Positions 47,222-56,176 of a DNA stretch of 57,521 bases are shown one piece after another. The stretch is from contig JASEHL010000001.1 in the NCBI GenBank assembly GCA_030018805.1, positions 1 to 57,521 of the forward strand, written 5' to 3'. The DNA is from Patescibacteria group bacterium (GTDB lineage: Bacteria; Patescibacteriota; Minisyncoccia; Moranbacterales; UBA11712). Positions within the stretch are counted from its first letter, which is position 1. Each line of letters starts with the position of its first letter. The translations under genes were made by a program, and so were the position numbers. The notes beneath the pieces are model-generated. The model was not told where the DNA came from. It saw only the letters and a list, made by a program, of their open reading frames with translations, and did no database searches.

Positions 47222-47262
47222 CAAAAAAAACAGCCGCAGATTTTCGCCGAGCTGTTTTTTTT
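47222..47262. terminator. terminator-like hairpin after recG
   Basis: An A-run, then cagc...gctg, then a T8 run. Confidence 0.45.
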
Positions 47263-47376
47263 ATTTCCCCCATCTGAGTTCGCTATTCACGATAACGTGC
47301 TAACGAACTCGGATGAGGGGGCGGGGGGGAAGCAAATTTGCCTCCCCGCCCGGAAAATTTTGGTTGATGGCTATTT

Positions 47377-47583
47377 TTATATAGCTACTATTTGGTTCGC
47401 CTCGACGGGCCTCAGGAGATGACTCCAAGCCCGCAGATATTCCTTGGCCTTTTCCCGGGGTATATTCATCATTCCCTCGGGAATTTCCCAGCCCCTATGT
47501 AGAGAGGCCGGTTTGCGCTCTAGCAATTTTACTTCCCCCTTGTTAAAGTTAACGATGACCGTACAACTAACGACTCTGGCCAT
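47377..47583 (-). CDS. hypothetical protein
   Basis: 68 aa. AAGGAGG lies 9 nt upstream of the ATG. Confidence 0.45.
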   Translation of the reverse strand: MARVVSCTVIVNFNKGEVKLLERKPASLHRGWEIPEGMMNIPREKAKEYLRAWSHLLRPVEANQIVAI

Positions 47584-47775
47584 GTTTTCTATCCCTCCTT
47601 AGTCTAGCGGATCGGTGTCCAGTTGGGATTGGCCAGGCGGCACATAATATCCCGCCAGTGCAATTCTTCACCGTTGGAGCAAGGCACGAAAGTGCCGCTG
47701 CCCCGCGGGCAAAGTTCCCGGTAGAGTTCGGCGCGGATGCCTTTTCCTTGGCGCTCCCATTTCAGTGCTTATTCA

Positions 47776-47886
47776 TTATCCGCCCAGCACATAAGGTAAT
47801 CCACAGTAAAAAAGAAAAAATATTACACCGCCACCGATACAGGCGATTATTCCCGTGCGAATCCTTCTTTTCCGACGACTGTCCAT
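47776..47886 (-). CDS. hypothetical 36-aa membrane peptide
   Basis: Own translation is MDSRRKRRIRTGIIACIGGGVIFFLFYCGLPYVLGG. GGAG lies upstream of the start. Confidence 0.3.
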   Translation of the reverse strand: MDSRRKRRIRTGIIACIGGGVIFFLFYCGLPYVLGG

Positions 47887-48262
47887 TATTATCTCCTTCA
47901 AAATTTTTTTCCTCTCACCGAGGTAAAATGGAAACTAAAAAATAATTTCCATATCGCCTCGGTTGAGGATTTTCTCAAAGAACACTTTACCTCGCCAAAG
48001 CCTTGGCGTCGGCGGGCTTCTCTTCTCACGAAGAGAATGATGAAGGAGTTAAGGGGAATAGAATATTTAAGGCTGTATTATGTAGATAATTGCGAGCCTA
48101 ATATCTTTCCCTAGACACTTCCCCTCCATCATTCTCCCCGCAAAATACTCATTTCAATCTCAATCCCAACGGGTCATTATATCAAAATAAAACACTCCTG
48201 TCAATGGTCGGGATGTTTCATGAAACATGGGGCAAATATATCTTTTATAAGCCTTATAATGA

Positions 48263-48820
48263 TTATGGCTTGATTGAAAACCGCCACAAATATTCCCGGC
48301 AGTATTGGGCGTAGTCAATGCCGATTCTCTGGGATTTTTTTATTTCCGAAGGTCGAACCTTCGGAATTCCTTTTTCGAGCCACAATTTTTCCCCTTTTGT
48401 TATGTCCCATTTGTTGAGTTTTCGGTCGATATGCAAAAATTTACAGAGTTTTCCGGGGCCATCCAAGTAGACGTCCGACGTCTTCGACTTTGTAGACGTC
48501 GGACGTCTACAAAGTTTCGCTCCCCTAATCAAAACCGCCGCCGGGAAATCTTTTTTCTCGGTGACGATGTTGAGGCAATGGTACATTCCATAAATCATAT
48601 AAACATAAGCGCAGCCCGGCTCTCCGTACATCACTTCTGTCCTTGGAGTTCTCCCCCGCGAAGCGTGACAAGCCAGATCGTCCTCGCCGTGATAGGCTTC
48701 GGTTTCGATGGTCATCGCCCGCCAAATTTTTCCGCGATATTCGCGCATCAAAAAACAGCCGAGAAGATCCCGGGCAACTTTCAAAGTATTTCGCCGATAG
48801 AACTTTCTATTTATGATCAT
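48263..48820 (-). CDS. 3-methyladenine DNA glycosylase (AAG/Mpg family) with two in-frame palindromic inserts
   Basis: 185 aa with TLKVARDLLGCFL, IETEAYHGEDDLACHA and AYVYMIYGMYHCLNIV. Confidence 0.85.
   Translation of the reverse strand: MIINRKFYRRNTLKVARDLLGCFLMREYRGKIWRAMTIETEAYHGEDDLACHASRGRTPRTEVMYGEPGCAYVYMIYGMYHCLNIVTEKKDFPAAVLIRGAKLCRRPTSTKSKTSDVYLDGPGKLCKFLHIDRKLNKWDITKGEKLWLEKGIPKVRPSEIKKSQRIGIDYAQYCREYLWRFSIKP
48346..48364. repeat. class-E palindrome inside the glycosylase gene
   Basis: ccgaaggtcgaaccttcgg encodes PKVRPS. It is related to the class-D REP sequence. Confidence 0.8.
48467..48510. repeat. family-B palindromic element inside the glycosylase gene
   Basis: gtagacgtccgacgtct-tcgacttt-gtagacgtcggacgtctac encodes CRRPTSTKSKTSDVY. 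Confidence 0.9.
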
Positions 48821-50021
48821 CTATTGCTTTTTTATAAACTTCCAGCATTCTTTTCGCGCAAACGGAAGAGGTGTATTTTTCCCTTGCAATCTTTCCCGCT
48901 TTTTCCCCGAAATTTTTCCGCAAATTTTCATCATCAATCAATTTCTGAACGGCATGTGAAAACTCTTCCTTATCTTCCGCGACCAAAAATCCCGTTTTTC
49001 CATCTTTGATAATATCTTTCGCGCCGGTCGCCCGCACCGCCACAATCGGCAAGCCCGAATACATCGCTTCCGTCAAAATCATTCCCTGCGTTTCCGATTT
49101 TGAAGCGTAGACGAAAACATCTCCCGCGGCATAATAATCTTTTTTTTCTTTATCAGAAACAATGCCTATAAAAATAACTTTGTCATTAAGTCCAGTCTCG
49201 GAAACTTTTTTTATTAATGAATCCTTCAAATTTCCCTCACCGCAAATCATAAATTTTACCCTGTTAAATTGCGGCAAAGTCGCACTCCGACTTTGAGTCG
49301 GGGATTTAACGGGGTGAGCATCCTCATTTTTCTGCAAAACCTCCAAAACAGCATCGACTAAAAACTCGACATTTTTTTCAGCCGTGAGTCGCGTCATCAC
49401 AAAAAGCAGGATCTCATCTTCTTTTATTTCATATTTTTTTCTCACGCTCTCCCGATCCGGATTTTCAAATTGTTCTCCCTCCACACCGGTTGGAATAGCC
49501 GTGATGTTTTCGTTCGTCGCTCCCCACTTCCGGATTATTTCAATCACTGATGGCGTGGGAGCAACCACCGCGTCGCACCGGTCGGCATAATTTCTGGCGT
49601 TTCGGATCGCCCACCAGGCGGCGAGTCTTTGTGGAACGAAAGGGACAAAATGGGCATACTGGTCATAAAGCGTGTGCCAAGTGAAAACCAACGGGATATT
49701 TTTCTTCTTTGCCCAGCGCGCCGCGGCGCTTCCCAAAAGATTCGGATGCTGCGAGTGTATGATATCCAAATCCAATTCTTTCAGGATCTTGTCAATTTTT
49801 CGCGAATACGGAATGGCGATTGGAAACTTTATTTTGATATTCGTCTCAAATGCCGGGTAGCGGAAAACACGCGGATTGGTGTCCCGATATCCTTTCCAGC
49901 GCGGAGCGAAAATATAAACCTCGTGCTCCAGCTTTTCGAATTCCTTGCGAAAACTCTCAACAGACCCCGAAACGCCATAGGGATTGGGAAGATAGTTGTT
50001 GGTGAAAATGGCGATTTTCAT
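48807..50021 (-). CDS. GT4-family glycosyltransferase with an in-frame family-A insert
   Basis: 404 aa with a GT-B layout and the C-terminal motif ETQGMILTEAMYSGLPIVA (the E-x7-E region). Confidence 0.85.
   Translation of the reverse strand: MKIAIFTNNYLPNPYGVSGSVESFRKEFEKLEHEVYIFAPRWKGYRDTNPRVFRYPAFETNIKIKFPIAIPYSRKIDKILKELDLDIIHSQHPNLLGSAAARWAKKKNIPLVFTWHTLYDQYAHFVPFVPQRLAAWWAIRNARNYADRCDAVVAPTPSVIEIIRKWGATNENITAIPTGVEGEQFENPDRESVRKKYEIKEDEILLFVMTRLTAEKNVEFLVDAVLEVLQKNEDAHPVKSPTQSRSATLPQFNRVKFMICGEGNLKDSLIKKVSETGLNDKVIFIGIVSDKEKKDYYAAGDVFVYASKSETQGMILTEAMYSGLPIVAVRATGAKDIIKDGKTGFLVAEDKEEFSHAVQKLIDDENLRKNFGEKAGKIAREKYTSSVCAKRMLEVYKKAIDDHK
49256..49318. repeat. family-A palindromic element inside the glycosyltransferase CDS
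   Basis: ttaccctgttaaat-tgcggcaaagtcgca-ctccgactttgagtcgggg-atttaacggggtgag. It is 63 bp and encodes HPVKSPTQSRSATLPQFNRVK. Confidence 0.85.
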
Positions 50022-50032
50022 AGCTTTGATAT

Positions 50033-50051
50033 CCGAAGGTCGAACCTTAGG
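50033..50051. repeat. class-E palindrome (intergenic)
   Basis: ccgaaggtcgaaccttagg. Confidence 0.75.
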
Positions 50052-50799
50052 AAATAACTCTTGATATGAATTCCCCTATTCTTTTGTGCACGTCTTTATT
50101 GCTGGCAAACACGTGGTACGCGTTCTCTATCCAGAAAATCTCTTTTATTTTCGATTTCACTCCCTCCAATATCATTTTTGGCGATTTTTTTGAAACCATA
50201 TGATCCGAAGTAGATTGCATAACGAGAATCGGTTTTGTGATTTGCGGCAAAAAAGCTCCCGTCGCCTCGGCGAGTCGCACGACTTCTTTGGCGCTTTCAA
50301 TTGGATAGTACATATACACCTTGCGGTTCCCCATTTTTTTTCGCACCCACGGCGGATAATATTTCCGGCGGTAGGTTTTTGTGAGTCCCATAAAAAAAAG
50401 CGCTATTTTCGCGAGGTTATGGAGCTTGTAGCGCATCGCCGCGCCCATCGTGAAAATTCCGGCGACTGATTCGTCTTTCGAAATCATCATAGCCAAATTT
50501 CCCCCCATCGAAATCCCACCAACGAAGATTTTCTCACTATGCTCTTTGAGTTTCTCGAGCTCCTCCCGGCTCTGGGAAAGCCAGTCTTTCCATTTGACGT
50601 GCTCGAGATCTTCCGGTTTTGTGCCGTGTCCCAAAAGAAGCGGCGCGTAGACCGTCCAGCCGAAAGAATTCAGATATTTTGCAAGTGGAAGAAGCTCGTC
50701 AGGAGGAGATGTCCAACCGTGTAATAATAATATGCCGATATTCTTGTTGCCTCTTAAGAAAAAGGGGTTACCAGAAGAAATATTTTCGTTGTAATTCAT
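50047..50799 (-). CDS. alpha/beta hydrolase (carboxylesterase/lysophospholipase-like)
   Basis: 250 aa with LLLHGWTS and the nucleophile elbow GISMGG. Confidence 0.8.
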   Translation of the reverse strand: MNYNENISSGNPFFLRGNKNIGILLLHGWTSPPDELLPLAKYLNSFGWTVYAPLLLGHGTKPEDLEHVKWKDWLSQSREELEKLKEHSEKIFVGGISMGGNLAMMISKDESVAGIFTMGAAMRYKLHNLAKIALFFMGLTKTYRRKYYPPWVRKKMGNRKVYMYYPIESAKEVVRLAEATGAFLPQITKPILVMQSTSDHMVSKKSPKMILEGVKSKIKEIFWIENAYHVFASNKDVHKRIGEFISRVIS

Positions 50800-50801
50800 A
50801 A

Positions 50802-50878
50802 ACCAAAAAGCAAAAATATCTTAAAGTTTTTACGCATTTTTAGTTTTTAGTTTGTGATTTTGGTTTTTGGTTTTTGGT
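50802..50878. repeat. intergenic heptad-armed hairpin
   Basis: accaaaaagcaaaaat pairs with atttttag/tttttag/tttgtga/ttttggt/ttttggt/ttttggt. Confidence 0.65.
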
Positions 50879-50882
50879 CTCG

Positions 50883-52559
50883 CTAAAATACATTCTCCCA
50901 CTTCACCCTTTCCTTTCTCCTTGCTCTCGGTTTTTTCTTTTCCCCGCTATTTTTTTCGCCTTTTTTGTATTCCGGCTGGATTTCTTTGAGCTTCATCTCA
51001 AAAAGCTGGAGGCGCTGGCCGAAAATAAAAGAGTTTTCGAGGTCGAATTTGATGCGGTAGTTTTCCGGAATTTCCGTGTATCCGTCTTTGTCGGCCGTCA
51101 TAGAAAAATAGAGGGCGCTCTGGTCGGTGTCTTTTCGCGACATCAGCTTATAATCCGTCGGGGGATTTTTGATTTCCATGAGATACTGGAGCGGAACGCG
51201 AAAAGTCATATCGCCGTAGAGATGAATCTGCCTTCCTTCCGATTTCGATCGACTGTCAAGAAAATCAGCCGCCGCTTCGAGATGCGAAAGCGCGACCCCG
51301 TGCATCGGCTGAACCGCCAAAAATCTTCCTTTCAAGGGCCGAAGCTCTTCTTGTTTGGCAAAGCTTTTGTACCAGGCATATGTCGCTTCCGCGTTGAGGG
51401 CAATCACCGCGAACGATATAAGAATTGCGGCGCCAAAAGCCCAGTATTTTTTCTTCCACGCGAGGAGCCATTCGAGCCAAAAAGCGAAGAAAACGAAGGG
51501 CAAAAAGAAAACCGGAAAGAAAAAGCGGGGCCGAATCTGAAAAGCAAACAATATGAGAACAAAAAAGATAATCGCGAACCAAACGGAAATGAGTTTGAGA
51601 AAATTTCTTTTGTTTTTATCTTTCTCGTCCCGCAGGCCAAAAAACATCTTGAGCAGCGTTGCCGTGACAAAAACAATCCCCGCAATCATGGAAAATTTTC
51701 CCGTCCGGCTCATATATGAAGTAAGCAGCATGAAGTAATAATTTCCGTGATTGAAGATGTTTTGGAAAATTTTATCTTTTAGCGAGTAGTCGGCGTTCGA
51801 TTTGTTTTTGAGGGCGAAAATGAATTGTTTCATATTATCGCCTCCGGTTTTCATCTCGCTCAAAATCATCGGGAGATAGAGAATGGCAAGGATGAGAAGC
51901 GCGAGCAGGATATTTTTCCAGTCGAGCTTTCGCCAGCCGCCGCTCCAAATGAAATATATCGCGATGATCATCGGAAGCGTCAAAAAAACAAGGAAGTGCA
52001 TTTGGCTCGCAAAGCCTAATCCCGCTGCCGCCGCTCCCAGCCACAGCAATTTTCCCTTTTTCGTTTCGCTTTGGCTGAATTTCGCGAGGCTGTATAGACA
52101 CGCAAGTATCCAAAAGGGAGCCGAGTTCGGATTCCAGGCAAAGCGCGAATACTCTATGGCGAGAAAACTGAAAGCGTGGGCCGCAACCGCCAGAAGCGAC
52201 GAAATTTTTTTGAAATACAACCGCAGGAAAAAATAAAAGAGAGGAATAGAAAGAATTGAAAAAAGCGCGTCCGGAAAGGCCAAAACCGCCGGGTCGGCGG
52301 AGTTGAAAATTTTGGCCGAAATATATTGGAAATAGTAGAATGCCGGCCCGAGCCGGAGAAACGTTCCCGCCGCCCGCGGCCCAAGAAGCGGCAACTGCAA
52401 AATACCGCTGTCGTAAGCTTTGTGCACCAGCATCGCGTCCCGGGCCTGATCCATCGCAAAATAGAGCCAATCATGGAAATGGTAAAGGCGAACAAAAGCA
52501 GCAAGGACAATAATTATCCCAAGCGTTAGATAGCGCCAATTTTTATATAAACGACCCAA
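50883..52559 (-). CDS. GT39/ArnT-like polytopic membrane glycosyltransferase
   Basis: 558 aa. Near the N-terminus it has FHDWLYFAMDQARD, and it has at least 10 TM segments. Confidence 0.7.
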   Translation of the reverse strand: MGRLYKNWRYLTLGIIIVLAAFVRLYHFHDWLYFAMDQARDAMLVHKAYDSGILQLPLLGPRAAGTFLRLGPAFYYFQYISAKIFNSADPAVLAFPDALFSILSIPLFYFFLRLYFKKISSLLAVAAHAFSFLAIEYSRFAWNPNSAPFWILACLYSLAKFSQSETKKGKLLWLGAAAAGLGFASQMHFLVFLTLPMIIAIYFIWSGGWRKLDWKNILLALLILAILYLPMILSEMKTGGDNMKQFIFALKNKSNADYSLKDKIFQNIFNHGNYYFMLLTSYMSRTGKFSMIAGIVFVTATLLKMFFGLRDEKDKNKRNFLKLISVWFAIIFFVLILFAFQIRPRFFFPVFFLPFVFFAFWLEWLLAWKKKYWAFGAAILISFAVIALNAEATYAWYKSFAKQEELRPLKGRFLAVQPMHGVALSHLEAAADFLDSRSKSEGRQIHLYGDMTFRVPLQYLMEIKNPPTDYKLMSRKDTDQSALYFSMTADKDGYTEIPENYRIKFDLENSFIFGQRLQLFEMKLKEIQPEYKKGEKNSGEKKKPRARRKERVKWENVF

Positions 52560-52566
52560 GATTGTC

Positions 52567-52640
52567 GAATTATGAATTATGAATTATGAATTATGCAAGC
52601 AAAAAAATATTCTTAATTCATAATTCCTAATTCATACTTC
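52567..52640. repeat. intergenic heptad-armed hairpin, (gaattat)4 type
   Basis: gaattatgaattatgaattatgaattatg, a loop, then cttaattcataattcctaattcatacttc. Confidence 0.85.
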
Positions 52641-52643
52641 ACC

Positions 52644-54269
52644 CTAGATCATTTCCTCTTTCTTCCTCCTGATAAATCCCGCCCATTCCCGAATGAACCG
52701 AACCACCACTTTGAACGGCGCTTCTATTATAACATCAAACAGAAAAACAAAAACGTTGACACGGGAGAAATTCACCGACATCCATTTTCCTATTTTCACG
52801 AACGGCATCGAAAGCGTGTCGATGAATATCCCGACCATTCCTTCTTTCTCGCGGGCAACGAGAAGCTCGCGCACCGGCTGACGCACTAAGGCGTTGAAAA
52901 AATTTATTACGCTAAAAAGGAACAGGAATATCAAGATTCCAAGCCAGTTGAAATTGAGGATATTCAAAATCCAGACGGCAAGCCCGAATGAAATTCCATA
53001 GGTGAGAATGAAGAATAAGTTGAGCGCCCAATCGGAAAAAGTTTCAATTTCCCGAAGACGAATTTCGGCAATCGGTTTTTTTTCCCGTCCGTAGGCAATT
53101 TCCTCAACTCCCTTGGCGATAAGAGCGGAGTTTGTCTCGCTTGGCCGGCGAACAGTCAGTGAAAGGAAAACGAGATAGAAGGGCGGAAAGAAAAGATTGA
53201 TGACAATCGGGGCCATCGTAACCTGTCCGACGACATAGAGATCGAAAGGATATTCCACCGCCACCGCGAGAATCACTTTCGTGATTATAAGAAAGACCAG
53301 ACTTCTTTTCACGCGTTTCCAGTACTTTTTCATTTCCCGATCGTATGTTTCCGAGGCCGCAAGCTGGACCGTGAATTTGAGCGATTCGGGGTCTCCGGCG
53401 ATTTTGTCGATTTTTGAAATGTTTTCGAGCGCCGCTTCATAAAAAATATTGAAATAGACGGCGTATTTCCGAAGCGCCACTCCGATTTTCACCGAGACAG
53501 GACTCGCGATTTTTTTCCGGAAAGAACGACGCAGACTCGGCAGATTTTCGGCAATGGCACGCAATTCTTTTTCGCCATCGCCGCTTTCGACCCATTCGGG
53601 AAGATACACCTTGAGAAGCGCCCAATTGAGGGTCGCGATGTCAGCTTTGGAGATTGATTTCACCGTCGCCAGAAAAATCTGAATATCTTTCTCGCTTTCT
53701 TTGACACTTTTTTCGTTCTTGAGAACAATTCTTTCCCGAATCGTCTGGTACATCGCCCGGACAAGCGCGAAGCGGGCGGGATTCGGAAAAAGATTTTCTT
53801 CTATTTCGCATGAGGCGAGAGCAACCAACCATCTTTTCATTTCGTATCCTCCGATCAGCTTCATGATTTTTTGGTATTTGGAGATTATTTTCCCGATTCT
53901 CGCTTTTTTTTCCTCGCGAAAGGACGATCGCTCGAGATAGCCGGCCATTGCCAGCTCGTCGAGAAACTGCCCCGAAAAATCCTGCTGCCGCAGTTCGATA
54001 AGGAGATTTCTTTTGAGAATTCGCTCAATCGCGTTTCTTTTGATGAGATGGTCGTCCTTGTATTCGATGATATTTCGGACCTTTTCATAAAGTCTCGCGA
54101 CGTTCTCGCCCGCTTCCTCAATTTCTTCCTTGTCTTTTCCTCCCTCCTCTTTTTCCTTCGCTTCCTCTTTTTTTTCGTTTTCAAACTGTTTTTTGAGCGC
54201 CAAAATAAACTCGGCGATCGGCCTGTTCAGTTCGTGGTCTTTTTTGCTCTTTTCTTCGGTGTTGTCCAT
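52644..54269 (-). CDS. hypothetical polytopic membrane protein
   Basis: 541 aa with a charged N-terminal half and a C-terminal half of TM segments. Confidence 0.55.
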   Translation of the reverse strand: MDNTEEKSKKDHELNRPIAEFILALKKQFENEKKEEAKEKEEGGKDKEEIEEAGENVARLYEKVRNIIEYKDDHLIKRNAIERILKRNLLIELRQQDFSGQFLDELAMAGYLERSSFREEKKARIGKIISKYQKIMKLIGGYEMKRWLVALASCEIEENLFPNPARFALVRAMYQTIRERIVLKNEKSVKESEKDIQIFLATVKSISKADIATLNWALLKVYLPEWVESGDGEKELRAIAENLPSLRRSFRKKIASPVSVKIGVALRKYAVYFNIFYEAALENISKIDKIAGDPESLKFTVQLAASETYDREMKKYWKRVKRSLVFLIITKVILAVAVEYPFDLYVVGQVTMAPIVINLFFPPFYLVFLSLTVRRPSETNSALIAKGVEEIAYGREKKPIAEIRLREIETFSDWALNLFFILTYGISFGLAVWILNILNFNWLGILIFLFLFSVINFFNALVRQPVRELLVAREKEGMVGIFIDTLSMPFVKIGKWMSVNFSRVNVFVFLFDVIIEAPFKVVVRFIREWAGFIRRKKEEMI

Positions 54270-54363
54270 AAAAAGAATTGTAGCATTACAAAGGAAAAAG
54301 TGTAAATACGTACTGATTGACTGAGCTTTATTTTTAGAGTATTATGGTTTTCGTGATACGAAT

Positions 54364-54438
54364 GGCCCCTTCGTCTAGTGGTTAGGACAACGGGTTTTCA
54401 ATCCGTTAACAGGGGTTCGATTCCCCTAGGGGCTACCA
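54364..54438 (+). tRNA. tRNA-Glu(UUC) with encoded CCA
   Basis: GGCCCCTTCGTCTAGTGGTTAGGAC..., anticodon loop TTTTCAA, T-loop GGTTCGATTCC. Confidence 0.85.
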
Positions 54439-54600
54439 GAATCATACTTTCCGGTTTTTTGTGATTTTCTCTCTTCTCTTGACAAAATATTGCAAAAATC
54501 CCAATATTCTGATAGTATTTGAAAGTCGAAGCCCACTCAATCCCGCTTAGCGGGATAAAGCGGGGTAAACTTTAAAAATTATAATTAACGTAAAACACGA

Positions 54601-54873
54601 ATGAAAAAGAAAGAACTCGTGGAGGCGATTGTGGAAAAAACCCAACTCGCCAAAAAGGACGTGTTGATGGTCATCGAGACTATGGCCGAGGTCGTGAAAG
54701 GCACCGTCGCCAAAGAAGCGGTTGAAATTCCGGGCTTGGTTAAGCTCGAAAAGAAGAACCGGGCGGCTCGCATGGGGCGAAACCCGATGACCGGAGAATC
54801 TATCAGCATTCCGGCCAAAACCGTCCTCAAAGCTCGCGTTCTCAAAAAGCTCAAGGACGCGGTTATGAAATAA
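54601..54873 (+). CDS. hup: HU family DNA-binding protein
   Basis: 90 aa with MKKKELVEAIVEKT... and RMGRNPMTGESISIPAK. Confidence 0.9.
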   Translation: MKKKELVEAIVEKTQLAKKDVLMVIETMAEVVKGTVAKEAVEIPGLVKLEKKNRAARMGRNPMTGESISIPAKTVLKARVLKKLKDAVMK

Positions 54874-54899
54874 CAGCCTTTCAACAGTCTGTATTTATC

Positions 54900-54931
54900 A
54901 AAAAATCCCGCCGTAGCGCGCGGGTTTTTTG
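54900..54931 (+). terminator. intrinsic terminator after hup
   Basis: cccgc-cgtagcgc-gcggg followed by T6. Confidence 0.7.
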
Positions 54932-54956
54932 ATAAATACTTTATGCATAATACTTT

Positions 54957-56105
54957 ATGCACTATACTTGTACCATGCTTATTCTTGCCATTGAAACATC
55001 CTGCGACGAAACGGCGGTGGCTCTTGTTGAGGAAAAAAGGGGCGGTTTTTTCGTAATTGACGAATATGTTTCTTCGCAAACAAAAACCCACGCGCCATTT
55101 GGAGGAGTTGTTCCCAATCTTGCGGCCAGGGACCACTTGAAAAATCTTCCTTTGCTCCTCAAAAAAATCATCGCGAAGAACAAAATCAAGCGGAATAATA
55201 TTGATTTGATCGCCGTGACGGAAGGTCCGGGACTCATTCCGGCGCTGCTCATCGGCACGAATGCGGCGAAGGCCATTGCCTATGCCTGGAAAAAACCGCT
55301 GGTCGGCGTGCACCATATTGCGGGACATATATATGCGAACTTCATTCACCTTGTTAAATCCCCGACGTCACGTCAGGGTGCGGCTTTGCCGCAATTTAAC
55401 AGGGTAAAATTTCCTATTCTCGCTCTCATTGTTTCTGGAGGGCACACGGAGCTCATATTCATGAAAAAGCATATGGATTTCAAAATCGTCGGTCAGACTC
55501 TCGACGACGCGGCCGGCGAAGCTTTTGATAAGGTGGCTAAGATTTTGGAGCTGGGCTATCCCGGCGGACCGATAGTTTCTCGGCTGGCAGAACTTTACCA
55601 AAGTTCGACTTTTCCCTCCCAACAACGGAGTTGTCGGGATTCCTCAAAGTCGAACTTTTCGCTGCCGCGGCCCATGATCAATTCAAATAACCTCAATTTT
55701 TCCTTCTCTGGCCTGAAGACCGCCGTACTTTATACCATTCGAGACAATCCGAAAACTCTGAAAAGCAAAAAACTGACCAGCGAGCTTTGCGCCGAATTCC
55801 AGCAGGCCGCGATTGACGTGTTGGTGTCAAAAACAATTCGCGCGGCCAAAAAATATAAGCCCAAAACCATTCTTCTCGGTGGTGGTGTCTCGGCCAACAA
55901 GGAACTGCGCCGCCAGCTCGGCGAGATCATAAAAAAACAGATACCAGATACCAGATACCAGATACCAGATACAAAATACTCCCTCGACAACGCTGCCATG
56001 ATTGCCGTAGCCGGATATCACAAGTGGAAATTTTCGAAAAACAGGAAACCGTTCTATAATAACTGGAGAACATTCGAAGCGGACGCGAATCTTAAGTTGA
56101 ATTAG
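54957..56105 (+). CDS. tsaD: tRNA N6-adenosine threonylcarbamoyltransferase with three in-frame repeat inserts
   Basis: 382 aa with ILAIETSCDETAVA, VGVHHIAGH, SGGHTELI and NAAMIA. The likely start is MLILAI at 54975. Confidence 0.9.
   Translation: MHYTCTMLILAIETSCDETAVALVEEKRGGFFVIDEYVSSQTKTHAPFGGVVPNLAARDHLKNLPLLLKKIIAKNKIKRNNIDLIAVTEGPGLIPALLIGTNAAKAIAYAWKKPLVGVHHIAGHIYANFIHLVKSPTSRQGAALPQFNRVKFPILALIVSGGHTELIFMKKHMDFKIVGQTLDDAAGEAFDKVAKILELGYPGGPIVSRLAELYQSSTFPSQQRSCRDSSKSNFSLPRPMINSNNLNFSFSGLKTAVLYTIRDNPKTLKSKKLTSELCAEFQQAAIDVLVSKTIRAAKKYKPKTILLGGGVSANKELRRQLGEIIKKQIPDTRYQIPDTKYSLDNAAMIAVAGYHKWKFSKNRKPFYNNWRTFEADANLKLN
55347..55408. repeat. family-A palindromic element inside tsaD
   Basis: caccttgttaaat-ccccgacgtcacgtcaggg-tgcggctttgccgca-atttaacagggtaaa encodes LVKSPTSRQGAALPQFNRVK. 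Confidence 0.85.
55600..55658. repeat. palindromic insert (family G) inside tsaD
   Basis: The arms are aaagttcgacttt (55600-55612) and aaagtcgaacttt (55646-55658). It encodes SSTFPSQQRSCRDSSKSN. Confidence 0.8.
55939..55980. repeat. (ataccag)n heptad tandem array inside tsaD
   Basis: cagataccagataccagataccagataccagatac encodes IPDTRYQIPDTKY. Confidence 0.9.
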
Positions 56106-56174
56106 GAATCAGGAGTTATGAATTATGAGTCCCAAAAAAAGACCACTTCGGCCCTGATTCATAATTCATAATTC
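56106..56174. repeat. intergenic heptad-armed hairpin
   Basis: gaatcaggagttatgaattatgag, a loop, then cctgattcataattcataattc. It fills the tsaD-to-next-gene spacer. Confidence 0.8.
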
Positions 56175-56176
56175 AA

